DNA of 64,000 nucleotides from an uncultured Clostridia bacterium (lineage in GTDB: Bacteria > Bacillota > Clostridia > Christensenellales > UBA1242): NCBI GenBank assembly GCA_944381145.1, contig CALWJZ010000001.1, positions 136,635-200,634 of the forward strand, given 5' to 3'. The notes below the pieces were generated by a model, which saw only the letters and a list, made by a program, of their open reading frames with translations, was not told the origin of the DNA and made no database searches. Both the position numbers and the translations under genes were made by a program. Of the stretch, positions 52,132 to 62,353 are shown piece after piece (position 1 is the stretch's first letter; every line of letters starts with the position of its first letter).

Positions 52132-53664
52132 TTAACCCCAATATTTATTATCAAGCGTTCTATACGAGATAGCTTCCATTATGTGTTCATCTTGAATATC
52201 TGTACTTCCTTCTAAATCTGCAATTGTTCGTGCAACTTTAAGAATTCTATTATAAGCTCTAGCACTTAAATTTAATTTTTCAAAAGCATATCTTAACATT
52301 TTATCGCTTTCATGACTTATTTTACAATGTTTTTTTACTTGTTGGTCATTCATTTTAGCATTAGAGTATATTCCACTATCTTTATACCTTTCCAATTGTA
52401 TCTCTCTTGCTCTATCCACGCGAATTTTTATACTTTCACTAGATTCTTCTAGATCTTCACTTCTTAATTCATCATAAGAAACACTATCAACTTCTATGTG
52501 CATATCAATTCTATCCATAAGAGGACCGGACAATTTATTTAAATATTTATGAATTGCTTGAGGAGTACACTTGCATTCTTTGTCTTTCGAACCATAGTTA
52601 CCACATGGACAAGGATTCATGCTTGCTATCAAAGTAAATACAGCAGGATATTCAATAGTACTTTCTACTCTTGAAATTGTAATAACTCCATCTTCAAGTG
52701 GTTGTCTCAAAACCTCAAGACAATTTCTATTATATTCAGGCATTTCATCTAAAAAAAGTACACCAGTATGAGCAAGACTTATTTCACCAGGTTTGGCAAG
52801 TCGACCACCACCAGTTAAAGCAAGTGTGGTTGTAGTATGATGTGGAGAACGAAATGGTCTACTAACAACTATACCATCTTTGTTATCTAGTACACCTGCA
52901 ATACTATGTATTTTTGTAACTTCAAGAGCTTCTTCAAAAGTGAGTTCAGGCAAAATACTTGGAAAGCATTTTGCTAGCATTGTTTTTCCACTTCCTGGTG
53001 GACCAATCATTAAAACATTATGTCCACCTGCTGCAGCAATTTCCAAAGCTCTCTTAGCATGAGCTTGTCCCTTAACATATTTGAAATCTAAAGATTTTCT
53101 CTTTCTTTGTTTTATATCATTATAATTAGAATGCGTTGTAGCAATTATATCTAATTCTCCGTTCAAAAAATTAACTGCTTCCTTTAAATTACTAACACCA
53201 TAAATTTCCATACCCTCTATAAAACTAGCCTCAATACAATTTTCTTTAGGAATAATTACTTTTTTGAATCCATCAAGTCTAGCAGAAATTAGAATAGGCA
53301 AAACCCCATTAACTTTTCTAATTTCTCCATCTAAACCTAATTCACCGAATATAATATAGTCTTTCAGTTTATCGCTATGGACCTGTTCTGTTGCCGATAA
53401 AATACCCAAAGCAATAGGCAAATCATATAATGGTCCATCTTTTTTTGTATCTGCTGGTGCCAAATTGATAGTAATTTTCACAATTGGATATTTTAAACCA
53501 CTGTTTTTGATTGCTGATTTTACTCTTTCTTTGCTTTCTTTTATTGCTGTACCAACCAAACCCACAATTTCATATCCAGGCAAGCCTTGATTTATATCAA
53601 TCTCACATTTTACCAAATAGCCATTGATACCTGTAAGACCATAACTTTTGATTGTTGATAACAT
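52132..53664 (-). CDS. comM: YifB/ComM Mg-chelatase-like AAA+ ATPase
   Basis: KESKERVKSA, NLAPAD, AAGGHNVLMIGPPGSGKTM, RSPHH, LFLDE, LSGPLMDRID. Confidence 0.94.
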   Translation of the reverse strand: MLSTIKSYGLTGINGYLVKCEIDINQGLPGYEIVGLVGTAIKESKERVKSAIKNSGLKYPIVKITINLAPADTKKDGPLYDLPIALGILSATEQVHSDKLKDYIIFGELGLDGEIRKVNGVLPILISARLDGFKKVIIPKENCIEASFIEGMEIYGVSNLKEAVNFLNGELDIIATTHSNYNDIKQRKRKSLDFKYVKGQAHAKRALEIAAAGGHNVLMIGPPGSGKTMLAKCFPSILPELTFEEALEVTKIHSIAGVLDNKDGIVVSRPFRSPHHTTTTLALTGGGRLAKPGEISLAHTGVLFLDEMPEYNRNCLEVLRQPLEDGVITISRVESTIEYPAVFTLIASMNPCPCGNYGSKDKECKCTPQAIHKYLNKLSGPLMDRIDMHIEVDSVSYDELRSEDLEESSESIKIRVDRAREIQLERYKDSGIYSNAKMNDQQVKKHCKISHESDKMLRYAFEKLNLSARAYNRILKVARTIADLEGSTDIQDEHIMEAISYRTLDNKYWG

Positions 53665-53784
53665 ATATCCTCTCTTTGAATAACTAAATTCATTATACCT
53701 ACAAAAAAAATTAAAAACAACAAAATTATATCAAATAAAAAATTTTTCCTTACTCATAATTGTATACTAAATTATAAGATACAT

Positions 53785-53815
53785 AAAAAAGACGTGAAGT
53801 CTATCACATCTTTTT
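53785..53815 (-). terminator. Intrinsic terminator after thrS
   Basis: AAAAAGA.GTGA...TCAC.TCTTTTT imperfect stem. Confidence 0.6.
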
Positions 53816-55583
53816 ATTCTAATGATTTGTTATTAATTTCTGTCAAAATTCGTTCTATAAATTCGTCAAGCGCAACAACACCAATATCTCCGACACTTCT
53901 TTTTCTAACAGACACAGTCTTGTCTTGAACTTCATTATCACCAACAATTAATGAATAAGGAACCTTCTCAAGTTGTGCTTCTCTAATTTTTTTGCCAATT
54001 TTTTCGTTTCTATCATCAATTTCGACTCTAATTCCGTAGTTTGATAATTTCTTTGCAACTCCTTGAGCATATTCCAAATGAGAATCTGCAATATTTATAA
54101 TTTTTACTTGTGTAGGAGCAAGCCATGTTGGAAATGCTCCAGCAAATTTTTCAATTAAATAAGCAAGAGTTCTTTCATAACAACCTATACTTGTTCTATG
54201 AATAATATAAGGATTTTTCCTTGATCCATCTTTATCAACATATTCCATACCAAATTTTTCTGCAAGCATTTGATCAATTTGTATGGTAATCAAAGTATCT
54301 TCTTTACCCCAAACATTTTTTATTTGAATGTCTAATTTTGGACCATAAAAAGCTGCCTCGCCAATGCCAATTTTATATGGAATTTGCAAATGATCAAGTA
54401 TTTTTTTCATGGCATCTTGAGCTTCATTCCATTGCTCTACAGTACCTATATATTTCTCTCTATCATTAGGATCCCATTGTGAAAATCTATAAGAAGCATC
54501 TTCATATAGCCCCAAAGTTTTTAGCATAAATATAGCTAATTCTAAACAATTTTTAAATTCTTCTTCCAATTGTTCTGGAGTACACATTAAATGTCCTTCG
54601 GAGATAGTAAATTGTCTAACTCTTATTAATCCATGCATTTCTCCACTTGCTTCATTTCTAAATAATGTTGAAGTTTCATTGTATCTTAATGGTAAATCTT
54701 TATAAGATCTACTTTCGTTTAAATATGCTTGATATTGAAAAGGACAAGTCATTGGTCTTAATGCAAAAACTTCTTTGTCTTTTGATTCATCACCCAAAAC
54801 AAACATACCATCTTTGTAATGATCCCAATGTCCTGAAATTTTATACAAATCACTTTTAGCCATAAAAGGAGTTTTTGTTAATAACCAACCACGCTTTTGT
54901 TCTTCATCTTCAACAAATCTTTGAAGCAATTGAATAATTCTTGCACCCTTAGGCAAAAGTATAGGCAATCCTTGACCAATATAATCTACTGTTGTAAATA
55001 ATCCTAATTCTCTGCCAAGTTTATTATGATCTCTTTTCATTGCTTCTTCAAGCATGTTGATATATTTTTTCAAATCATTTTTATCAAGGAAACCAAAGAC
55101 ATAAATTCTTTGCAACATTTTATTCTTTTCGCTACCTTTCCAATAAGCACCACTTACTCGATTTATTTTGTATGCAAAACTACGAAGATATTTTGTATTT
55201 TCTACATGTGGTCCTTTGCATAAATCAATAAAATCATCACCTAAATAATAAGCAGATATTACATCGTCATCTGATAGTTCATTTATTAGTTCAATTTTAT
55301 AAGGTTCATCTTTAAATATGTTTAGTGCTTCAGTTTTAGAAATTTCAATTCTTTTGAAATCTTCATTTCTTTCAATTATCTCTTTCATTTTTGCTTCAAT
55401 TTTTTCAAAATCATCGTTAGAAATAGAAGTATTTAAATCAAAATCATAATAAAATCCATTATCAATAGCTGGACCAATTGCTAATTTTACATTTTCTATT
55501 CCATATAATTCTTTTATCGCTTTTGCTAAAACATGACTCATACTGTGTCTATACATCATTTGCTTTTCATCTTGTTCACTCAT
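53814..55583 (-). CDS. thrS: Threonine--tRNA ligase (lacks N-terminal TGS domain)
   Basis: RHSMSH, GPAIDNGFYYDF, DLCKGPH, RDHNKLG, RPMTCP, HGLIRVRQF, YGPKLD, IHR. Confidence 0.97.
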   Translation of the reverse strand: MSEQDEKQMMYRHSMSHVLAKAIKELYGIENVKLAIGPAIDNGFYYDFDLNTSISNDDFEKIEAKMKEIIERNEDFKRIEISKTEALNIFKDEPYKIELINELSDDDVISAYYLGDDFIDLCKGPHVENTKYLRSFAYKINRVSGAYWKGSEKNKMLQRIYVFGFLDKNDLKKYINMLEEAMKRDHNKLGRELGLFTTVDYIGQGLPILLPKGARIIQLLQRFVEDEEQKRGWLLTKTPFMAKSDLYKISGHWDHYKDGMFVLGDESKDKEVFALRPMTCPFQYQAYLNESRSYKDLPLRYNETSTLFRNEASGEMHGLIRVRQFTISEGHLMCTPEQLEEEFKNCLELAIFMLKTLGLYEDASYRFSQWDPNDREKYIGTVEQWNEAQDAMKKILDHLQIPYKIGIGEAAFYGPKLDIQIKNVWGKEDTLITIQIDQMLAEKFGMEYVDKDGSRKNPYIIHRTSIGCYERTLAYLIEKFAGAFPTWLAPTQVKIINIADSHLEYAQGVAKKLSNYGIRVEIDDRNEKIGKKIREAQLEKVPYSLIVGDNEVQDKTVSVRKRSVGDIGVVALDEFIERILTEINNKSLE

Positions 55584-55589
55584 AATTTT

Positions 55590-55850
55590 CTCCTTTACAA
55601 AAAAATCCTTTATTTTTACATAAAGGACAAAATTTATATTTATCCCTATGTAAAATTACATAAGGACGAGTATTTCCCGTGGTTCCACCTTATTTGGTTT
55701 GAAAACAAACCCACTTAATTATCTAAATCAGTTAGACATCTGTGCACTCAGAAAGTGGTATAGAAAGTAATTTTATCTAAGGCTCTCAGCAATTTGCCTT
55801 ATTCTCTGTAAATAAGTGATTACAATCTACATGTCTTTCGTCATAATGCT
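55590..55850 (-). promoter_or_regulatory. Thr T-box riboswitch
   Basis: T-box AAGGUGGAACCACGG (55677-55694), AGAGA and GCUGAGA stem I loops, ACC (Thr) specifier at 55757-55759, terminator hairpin with U7. Confidence 0.9.
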
Positions 55851-55860
55851 AATTATGTGT

Positions 55861-55889
55861 ATTTTAGTACTAAATTTTTGTTTTGTCAA
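55861..55889 (-). promoter_or_regulatory. SigmaA promoter of thrS
   Basis: TTGACA-N17-TAAAAT just upstream of the T-box. Confidence 0.8.
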
Positions 55890-55905
55890 GCATACATCAA
55901 AAAAT

Positions 55906-56631
55906 TTACAACAAAACACTTACTTTATCTTCAAATATATAAGAAATTAAACTAGAAACTTTTTGACTTAAACTATCTATACAATTAATTATTATTTTTT
56001 TAGGCGCAAACATAACTAAATTTACAACAATGCCTATTTCATCATCTTTCTCAATTGTTTTTATTTTTTTCCTTTTTTTATCAAGCAAAATCATTTCTTT
56101 ATTGCCTTCTTCAAGATACATAATATCTGTTTTTCGCTTTGAATGATTTGCTAAAAATTTCAAAAAATCCAGATATAAATTTTGTCTATCATATTTGATA
56201 AAATTTTTGTTATAATATTGCAAATCTCTTTTCCAAATTTGAATAAATTTATTTAATTTAAAATAAACAAAAGACCTAATATTAACAACTTTAGTAAGTT
56301 TGCTTATACTTTTAGCATACCTTACTTCATCAACCAAATCAACTAATACAATGTTAGTTAATAAAAAAGAATTTAGACTTTTGTCTTCGCTAAAAATAGT
56401 TAAATTCTGTTCATAGAACTCTAATTTAACCAATTTTAATATAATTTCATAAACAAAATTTTTAACTATTTGTATATAATTTTTTTCAATTACTGCAATA
56501 CTGCAAATTAAATCTTTTTCAAAAGTAATTACAACAATAACACTTTTTCCAAAAGAAGACTTAAGTACATTTTTTAATTCTAAAAAATGTACTATATCAT
56601 AAGGTTTTCCAATTAAAGTAATTTCCCACAT
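55906..56631 (-). CDS. Putative sporulation protein, YtxC-like (divergent)
   Basis: FVYFKLN, YLDFLKFL, MFAPKKIII segments; adjacent to thrS like Bacillus ytxC; CATATAAT -10-like element upstream. Confidence 0.55.
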   Translation of the reverse strand: MWEITLIGKPYDIVHFLELKNVLKSSFGKSVIVVITFEKDLICSIAVIEKNYIQIVKNFVYEIILKLVKLEFYEQNLTIFSEDKSLNSFLLTNIVLVDLVDEVRYAKSISKLTKVVNIRSFVYFKLNKFIQIWKRDLQYYNKNFIKYDRQNLYLDFLKFLANHSKRKTDIMYLEEGNKEMILLDKKRKKIKTIEKDDEIGIVVNLVMFAPKKIIINCIDSLSQKVSSLISYIFEDKVSVLL

Positions 56632-56694
56632 AATAGCCCCTTTATGATATTATATGCGTAAATAAACAATATATTTGATAAAAAATAAAAAACT

Positions 56695-56725
56695 AAAAAA
56701 AATCTATCACAGATTGATAGATTTT
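56695..56725 (-). terminator. Intrinsic terminator after the DUF1667 gene
   Basis: AAAATCTATCA-caga-TTGATAGATTTT stem. Confidence 0.7.
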
Positions 56726-56728
56726 CGA

Positions 56729-57061
56729 CTATTCGCCTATATATTTTTCTCCAGTTACAACTATATTCGCTCCAGTATTTAGGACATTTGATATAACTAC
56801 ATCTCCAATTTTAGCATCAGTTAAGTTCAATTTAGAAATTTCATCAATAACTTTACTCACCATAAATTTTGGAACATCTTTATCTGTTTTTACTGGCACA
56901 ATATTTTCTCCCATTTTTGCAAGATAAGTTACCGTTCTCATTGGACATTTTTGTTCTTCTTTGGCATATTCTAGCCCCCTTGGGCACATATTGCCGTAAA
57001 TATTTTCTCCATCAATTGTTATTTCGCACCCCCTAGGGCACTTGATACAAATTAATTTCAT
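56729..57061 (-). CDS. DUF1667 family protein (CxxC metal-binding)
   Basis: LICIKCPRGC, GNMCPRGLEYAKEE, VPVKT; typical third gene of the clostridial glpA-like cluster. Confidence 0.85.
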   Translation of the reverse strand: MKLICIKCPRGCEITIDGENIYGNMCPRGLEYAKEEQKCPMRTVTYLAKMGENIVPVKTDKDVPKFMVSKVIDEISKLNLTDAKIGDVVISNVLNTGANIVVTGEKYIGE

Positions 57062-58281
57062 AATCTCTCCCTAGCACAAACTATAATATCGGAATTTATA
57101 CCTTTTTTTGATAGTACAATACTGCTCATTTCACCAGGATTTAAGGCTATTACGCTTTTCTTTGCAATTTCTTTACCATCGCCAAATATTACAATTTCTG
57201 CATTTTTTATTTTGTTTGTAACTCTAAAATATATTTCGACATTATCATCATTTTCAAAAAACGAATTTGGAACAGTATACCTAACACCTGTGCCATTTTC
57301 AATTTTATGTTCATTTGTTTTTTGAAGTAGATTTTTTGCATACAATCCTGCATTTTTACCAGCTAATAAACTTTCTGCTGTAACATTATCAACTAAATCA
57401 TGAACTTGCAATACATTTCCACAAGCAAAAATTCCGTCACTACATTCTCTAAATTCATTAACTAAAAATCCATTTGTTTTTGGATTGATAGGTAAATTTG
57501 ATACAATGTCATTTTCTGGCGTTAAACCTACAGACAAAACTACCAAATCACAATCTATATATTTCTCAGTTTCTTCAATAGAGTTCATTTTATTATCAAC
57601 TTGTGCGTATTTTACGCCTTCTACTCTATCTTTCCCTATAACCTCTGTGATTGTAGTATTATAATATATTGGTATATCAAAATCTTCTAAACACTGCCTA
57701 ATATTTCTAGGTAATCCACTTGACGAAGACATAATTTCTAGAACCATTTCTACTTTCGCTCCAGCATATGTAAGTCTTCTTGCCATTATAAGTCCAATAT
57801 CACCACTGCCAAGTATTACAACTTTTTTTCCTGGTAATTTTCCATGAAAATTCACTAACTTTTGAACTTGTCCAGCTGTCATAATTCCGACTGGTCTAGT
57901 ACCTTTTAATTTAACATTTCCTGCAGTTTTTTCTCTACAACCCATTGCAAGTACTATAGCTTTTGGTTCAAGTACTTCGCAACCATGTGGGCTAATAATT
58001 GTTATTTTTTTACCTTCTATTTTTGTGACAAAAGTATTTAGCATTACATCAACATTTGTTTCTTTCAGTAATTCCACAAATTTATTTGCATACTCTGGTC
58101 CAGTTAGCTCTTCCTTGAAATAGTGCAATCCAAAACCATTGTGTATACATTGATTAAGAATTCCGCCCAATCTATTGTCCCTTTCAATGATAAGTGTGCT
58201 AACTCCACATTTTGAACACTCAATTGCGGCACCCATACCAGCTGGACCACCACCAATTATAACAACATCATACTTTCTCAT
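57058..58281 (-). CDS. NAD(P)/FAD-dependent oxidoreductase
   Basis: GGGPAG, LGGILNQCIHNGFG, ELTGPEY, GSGDIGLIMARR, GNVLQVHDLVD. Confidence 0.9.
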   Translation of the reverse strand: MRKYDVVIIGGGPAGMGAAIECSKCGVSTLIIERDNRLGGILNQCIHNGFGLHYFKEELTGPEYANKFVELLKETNVDVMLNTFVTKIEGKKITIISPHGCEVLEPKAIVLAMGCREKTAGNVKLKGTRPVGIMTAGQVQKLVNFHGKLPGKKVVILGSGDIGLIMARRLTYAGAKVEMVLEIMSSSSGLPRNIRQCLEDFDIPIYYNTTITEVIGKDRVEGVKYAQVDNKMNSIEETEKYIDCDLVVLSVGLTPENDIVSNLPINPKTNGFLVNEFRECSDGIFACGNVLQVHDLVDNVTAESLLAGKNAGLYAKNLLQKTNEHKIENGTGVRYTVPNSFFENDDNVEIYFRVTNKIKNAEIVIFGDGKEIAKKSVIALNPGEMSSIVLSKKGINSDIIVCARERL

Positions 58282-59684
58282 TATTTAATATTCCCCACAA
58301 TTATTCTACTGTTTTGATTTTCTTTTGTAACTTCATCAATAGAAATACCTCTTTCTCTAGCTATTAATTCCATAACTTTCATAAAACAAAAACCACCTTG
58401 ACATCTACCCATACCAGCTCTAGTTCTTCTTTTGATGCCATCTAAAGAAATAGGTTTCAAAGGCGAATGAATTGCATCAATGATTTCTGCTTCACTAATC
58501 ATTTCACATCTACATATTATTTTCCCATAATTACTATTTTCTTTTATTAACTCATTTATTTTTTCTTTCGACAAATTGCTTATTTTTTGAGGTTCATATC
58601 TTCTTTGCATAGTATTCTCTTTGTTTTCTATTCCTAACAAATTCAAAACTTCTTCAGCAATTGCTGGACATGCTGTAAGTCCAGGAGAACAAATACCAGT
58701 AACATTTATAATATCCGTATTATTTGGATCTTTTTCAATTACAAAATCATCACCAACAATTGTTCTAACACCCGAAAATATTCTGATATTTTTTCTTAAA
58801 TCAACATTACTCAATAATTCATTTGCTTTTTCTGTTATTTCATCTAATCCTTTTTGAGTAGTTATTGTAGAATTATCATTTGACAATATACTAGTAGGTC
58901 CAACAATTACATTACCATGTACGGTAGGAGATACCAGTATTCCTTTTGAATGTTCAGACGGAAGTGGAAAAACTGTAAAACCATTTAACGCTACAGCTCC
59001 TTTGTCTAACAAAAAATACTCTCCTCTTCTAAATTCTATGTTGTAAGTTTTTGCACCTAAAATTTTAGCAATACTATTATGTTCTCCACCACATGCAATC
59101 ACAATTTTTTTAGCATAAACTTCATTTATTCCATCACTTAAACAATAATAGTTATCTATTTTTTTAAATTCTTTAGTATTAAAATTAAACATAATAGTAG
59201 CACCGTTTATTACACTTTCTTCAGCAAGAGCTATTGCTAATTTATATGGCGAAACAATTGCCGATGTTTTTGCAAAAAGTCCACATGTGATATTTTGTGT
59301 TATACTAGGTAATTTTTTTAGTATTGCATTTCTATCCAAAATCTCAAGACCATCAACACCATTTTTAATACCTCTATTATATAATTCTTTCACTTTTTCC
59401 AAATCATTACCTATTACCAAAGCACCATTTTGAACAAGAGGCACTTTTAATTCTTCGCACAATTTAGGAAATAATTTCGCCCCACGTACGTTCAACTTAG
59501 CCTTTAATGTTCCAGGTTTAGCATCAAATCCTGCATGAACAATACCACTATTAGCTTTAGAAGTTTCAGTCGCTACATCACTATTTTTCTCTACAAGAAT
59601 AGATTTAACATTAACTCTAGTTAATTTATTTAAAATAGCCGTACCAACTACACCACCACCAATTATTGCAACTTCATAAATCAT
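58281..59684 (-). CDS. FAD-dependent oxidoreductase, glycerol-3-phosphate dehydrogenase (GlpA/LhgO-like) with C-terminal BFD-like [2Fe-2S] domain
   Basis: GGGVVG, SKANSGIVHAG, SPGLTACPA, ICRCE...RTRAGMGRCQGGFC; divergent from glpK. Confidence 0.85.
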   Translation of the reverse strand: MIYEVAIIGGGVVGTAILNKLTRVNVKSILVEKNSDVATETSKANSGIVHAGFDAKPGTLKAKLNVRGAKLFPKLCEELKVPLVQNGALVIGNDLEKVKELYNRGIKNGVDGLEILDRNAILKKLPSITQNITCGLFAKTSAIVSPYKLAIALAEESVINGATIMFNFNTKEFKKIDNYYCLSDGINEVYAKKIVIACGGEHNSIAKILGAKTYNIEFRRGEYFLLDKGAVALNGFTVFPLPSEHSKGILVSPTVHGNVIVGPTSILSNDNSTITTQKGLDEITEKANELLSNVDLRKNIRIFSGVRTIVGDDFVIEKDPNNTDIINVTGICSPGLTACPAIAEEVLNLLGIENKENTMQRRYEPQKISNLSKEKINELIKENSNYGKIICRCEMISEAEIIDAIHSPLKPISLDGIKRRTRAGMGRCQGGFCFMKVMELIARERGISIDEVTKENQNSRIIVGNIK

Positions 59685-59872
59685 TGTTTAATCTTCCTCC
59701 AAAAAATATATATATAGAGTTAATTTAAAATTATAAATAGTAATTTTACTATTTAATATTACTTAACTTTATAGTATCAAAACATATTTTATTATGTCAA
59801 TTAATATCAATTAAATTGCATCATTTGAATATATTTGCTAAAATTTAATTGAAATAATTCTAAGGAGTTTCT

Positions 59873-61345
59873 ATGAAAAGATACATAATTGGACTTGACG
59901 AAGGGACAACATCAGCAAGAACACTTATATATGATGTAAAAGAAAACAAGATTATTTGTGTAGTAAATGAAAAATTTAATCAATATTTCCCTAAACCTGG
60001 CTGGGTAGAACAAGATGCGAATGAAATTTATAAAACTCTTGAAACAACTATGTATAATGCAATAAAAGAAGCAAAAATAAAATTTGATGATATTATTGGT
60101 ATTGGTATAACAAATCAAAGAGAAACTGTCGTAGCATGGAACAAAAAAACAGGAGAAAGTGTTTTTCCAGCAATAGTATGGCAATGTAGAAGAACAAGCA
60201 ATTTTTGTGAAAATATTAAACCATCATTAAAAAAATATATCAAAAAAACTACAGGCTTAATTGTTGATGCCTATTTCTCTGCTTCAAAAATAAAATGGCT
60301 TTTAGAAAATAATTCAAAAGTAAAAAAATTATTAAATGATGATAATCTTTGCATAGGTACAATTGATAGTTATATTACTTATAGATTGACTAATGGAAAA
60401 TCATTTATAACAGATACATCAAATGCAAGTAGAACAATGTTGTATAACATCAATACAATGGACTATGACAATAAATTACTTAAAAAATTTAATATACCTA
60501 GGCAAATACTTCCTAAAGTTGTGTCAAACGGCAAGCAATTAGCAGTAGCACAAACAAAATTAGGAGATATCCCTATTGGTTCTATTTTAGGTGATCAGCA
60601 ATCCTCTTTATTTGGACAAGGTTGTTTTGAAATAGGTTTAGCAAAATCTACATATGGCACAGGTTGTTTTATTTTAAGTAATACAGGAAATAAACCATTT
60701 CATAATAAAAGACTATTATCCACTATTGCATGGACTATTAACGGTGAAACAACATATGCTCTGGAAGGTAGTATATTTAATGCAGGAACTGTCGTTAATT
60801 GGATGATTGACGATTTGAAAATATTAGAAAGCAATAAAATTTCAAGTGAAATTAGTAATAGTTTAACTGATACAAATGGAGTTTATTTCGTACCAGCTTT
60901 CACTGGAATGGGTGCACCATATTGGAAAACATATGCAAAGGGTGCAATTGTAGGATTAACTAGAGGAACTACCAGAGATCACATTATTCGTGCAGGACTG
61001 GAAAGTATTGCTTATAATACTTATGATATTATAAAATGCATGGAAGAAGATGATATAAAAATAAAAGAATTACGAGTAGATGGCGGAGTAAGTAGAAATG
61101 ATTTTCTGATGCAGTTTCAATCAAATTTATTAAATACCAAAGTAATAAAGCCTAGTTCTTCAGAATGTACTGTTTTAGGAACAATTTATATGACCGGTTT
61201 AGCACTAGGCTATTTCAAAAATTTGAGTGAAATAAAGAAACTTATTGAAGTAAGTAAAATATATACTCCAAAAATGAATAATACTACTAGAAATGAATTA
61301 CATAAAAATTGGATAAAAGCGGTACAACAAACTATTGGAAAATAA
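59873..61345 (+). CDS. glpK: Glycerol kinase
   Basis: GLDEGTTS, GITNQRET, AIVWQCRRT, DAYFSASKIKW, TDTSNASRT, GDQQ, KSTYGTGCF, VPAFTGMGAPYW. Confidence 0.95.
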   Translation: MKRYIIGLDEGTTSARTLIYDVKENKIICVVNEKFNQYFPKPGWVEQDANEIYKTLETTMYNAIKEAKIKFDDIIGIGITNQRETVVAWNKKTGESVFPAIVWQCRRTSNFCENIKPSLKKYIKKTTGLIVDAYFSASKIKWLLENNSKVKKLLNDDNLCIGTIDSYITYRLTNGKSFITDTSNASRTMLYNINTMDYDNKLLKKFNIPRQILPKVVSNGKQLAVAQTKLGDIPIGSILGDQQSSLFGQGCFEIGLAKSTYGTGCFILSNTGNKPFHNKRLLSTIAWTINGETTYALEGSIFNAGTVVNWMIDDLKILESNKISSEISNSLTDTNGVYFVPAFTGMGAPYWKTYAKGAIVGLTRGTTRDHIIRAGLESIAYNTYDIIKCMEEDDIKIKELRVDGGVSRNDFLMQFQSNLLNTKVIKPSSSECTVLGTIYMTGLALGYFKNLSEIKKLIEVSKIYTPKMNNTTRNELHKNWIKAVQQTIGK

Positions 61346-61357
61346 TGGAGAAATGTA

Positions 61358-62275
61358 ATGAAGACTCTAAAATTAAAAGGATATCAAGATTTTGAATTAG
61401 TTTGCTACTTATGGGACAATGTAGAAAATCCCAAAGGTGTATGTCAAATTATTCACGGTATGCAAGAACATGCAAAAAGATATAATGATTTTGCAAAATT
61501 TTTAAATAAAAAAGGTGTAATTGTTTTTGCAAGTGATTTAAGAGGACATGGACAAACAGCTATTTTGAATAATTTGCCATTTGGATATTCTGATGGAGAT
61601 ATCTTTATGGAAATAGTTTATGATCAAATAAAAATAACTGATTACTTGTCAAACAAATATAAATTACCTATATCAATTTTTGGTCACTCTTTTGGTTCAT
61701 TTATCGCTCAAAGATATATGATAGAAAATGGATTTAAAATAAATAACATTATTCTTTGTGGATCTACATATACAAATTCTATGCAATTTAAAGCTGGATA
61801 CCAATTAGCAAAAATTTGTAGAGTATTTAAAGGCAAAAAATCAAAAGCGAAATTATTAGAAAAATTAAGCATAAAAGGTTATGGAAAACATTTTGATAAT
61901 GGTAACTGGCTTTCACGAGATGAAAACAACTGGATAAATTATAAAAACGATAGTCTATGTGGAATGACTTTTCCAAATAATTTTTATTGGTCATTTTTCA
62001 AAAATGCAAGACATAACTATAAAAATTTAAAAAACATACCTTTTTACTTACCAATTTTAATAATTTCGGGTTCCAATGATCCTGTTTCAGGTAAAAAAGG
62101 TACTATTAAATTATTTTTTACATACGGTAAGGCAAAAAAGAAAGTTTTTTTTAAAACATATCTTAATGCTCGTCACGAACTATTAAATGAAATTAATAAA
62201 GAAGAAGTTTATAATGATGTTGCAAATTTTATATTAAATAATACAATTGATTTTATACCAGTAAATATTGAATAA
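61358..62275 (+). CDS. Alpha/beta hydrolase (lysophospholipase / monoacylglycerol lipase-like)
   Basis: HGMQEH, DLRGHG, GHSFG nucleophile elbow, GSNDPV, RHELLNE. Confidence 0.88.
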   Translation: MKTLKLKGYQDFELVCYLWDNVENPKGVCQIIHGMQEHAKRYNDFAKFLNKKGVIVFASDLRGHGQTAILNNLPFGYSDGDIFMEIVYDQIKITDYLSNKYKLPISIFGHSFGSFIAQRYMIENGFKINNIILCGSTYTNSMQFKAGYQLAKICRVFKGKKSKAKLLEKLSIKGYGKHFDNGNWLSRDENNWINYKNDSLCGMTFPNNFYWSFFKNARHNYKNLKNIPFYLPILIISGSNDPVSGKKGTIKLFFTYGKAKKKVFFKTYLNARHELLNEINKEEVYNDVANFILNNTIDFIPVNIE

Positions 62276-62309
62276 ATATAAAAAAATTTTAATAAATATT
62301 AATACACAA

Positions 62310-62343
62310 TAAAAAAACTGCTAAAAATTTAGCAATTTTTTTT
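62310..62343. terminator. Bidirectional terminator between the hydrolase and dCMP deaminase genes
   Basis: A-tract, TGCTAAA/TTTAGCA stem, T-tract, between convergent genes. Confidence 0.7.
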
Positions 62344-62353
62344 ATTAAAATTT

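Noticed and set aside
51021-53664. comM-dprA as evidence of a novel competence system
   Set aside because: Standard conserved comM-dprA-topA block; no uptake genes and no clear competence sigma-factor promoter in the window
53814-55583. ThrS lacking the TGS domain as a pseudogene
   Set aside because: Editing and catalytic motifs, SD and T-box are intact; TGS-less ThrS is a known variant
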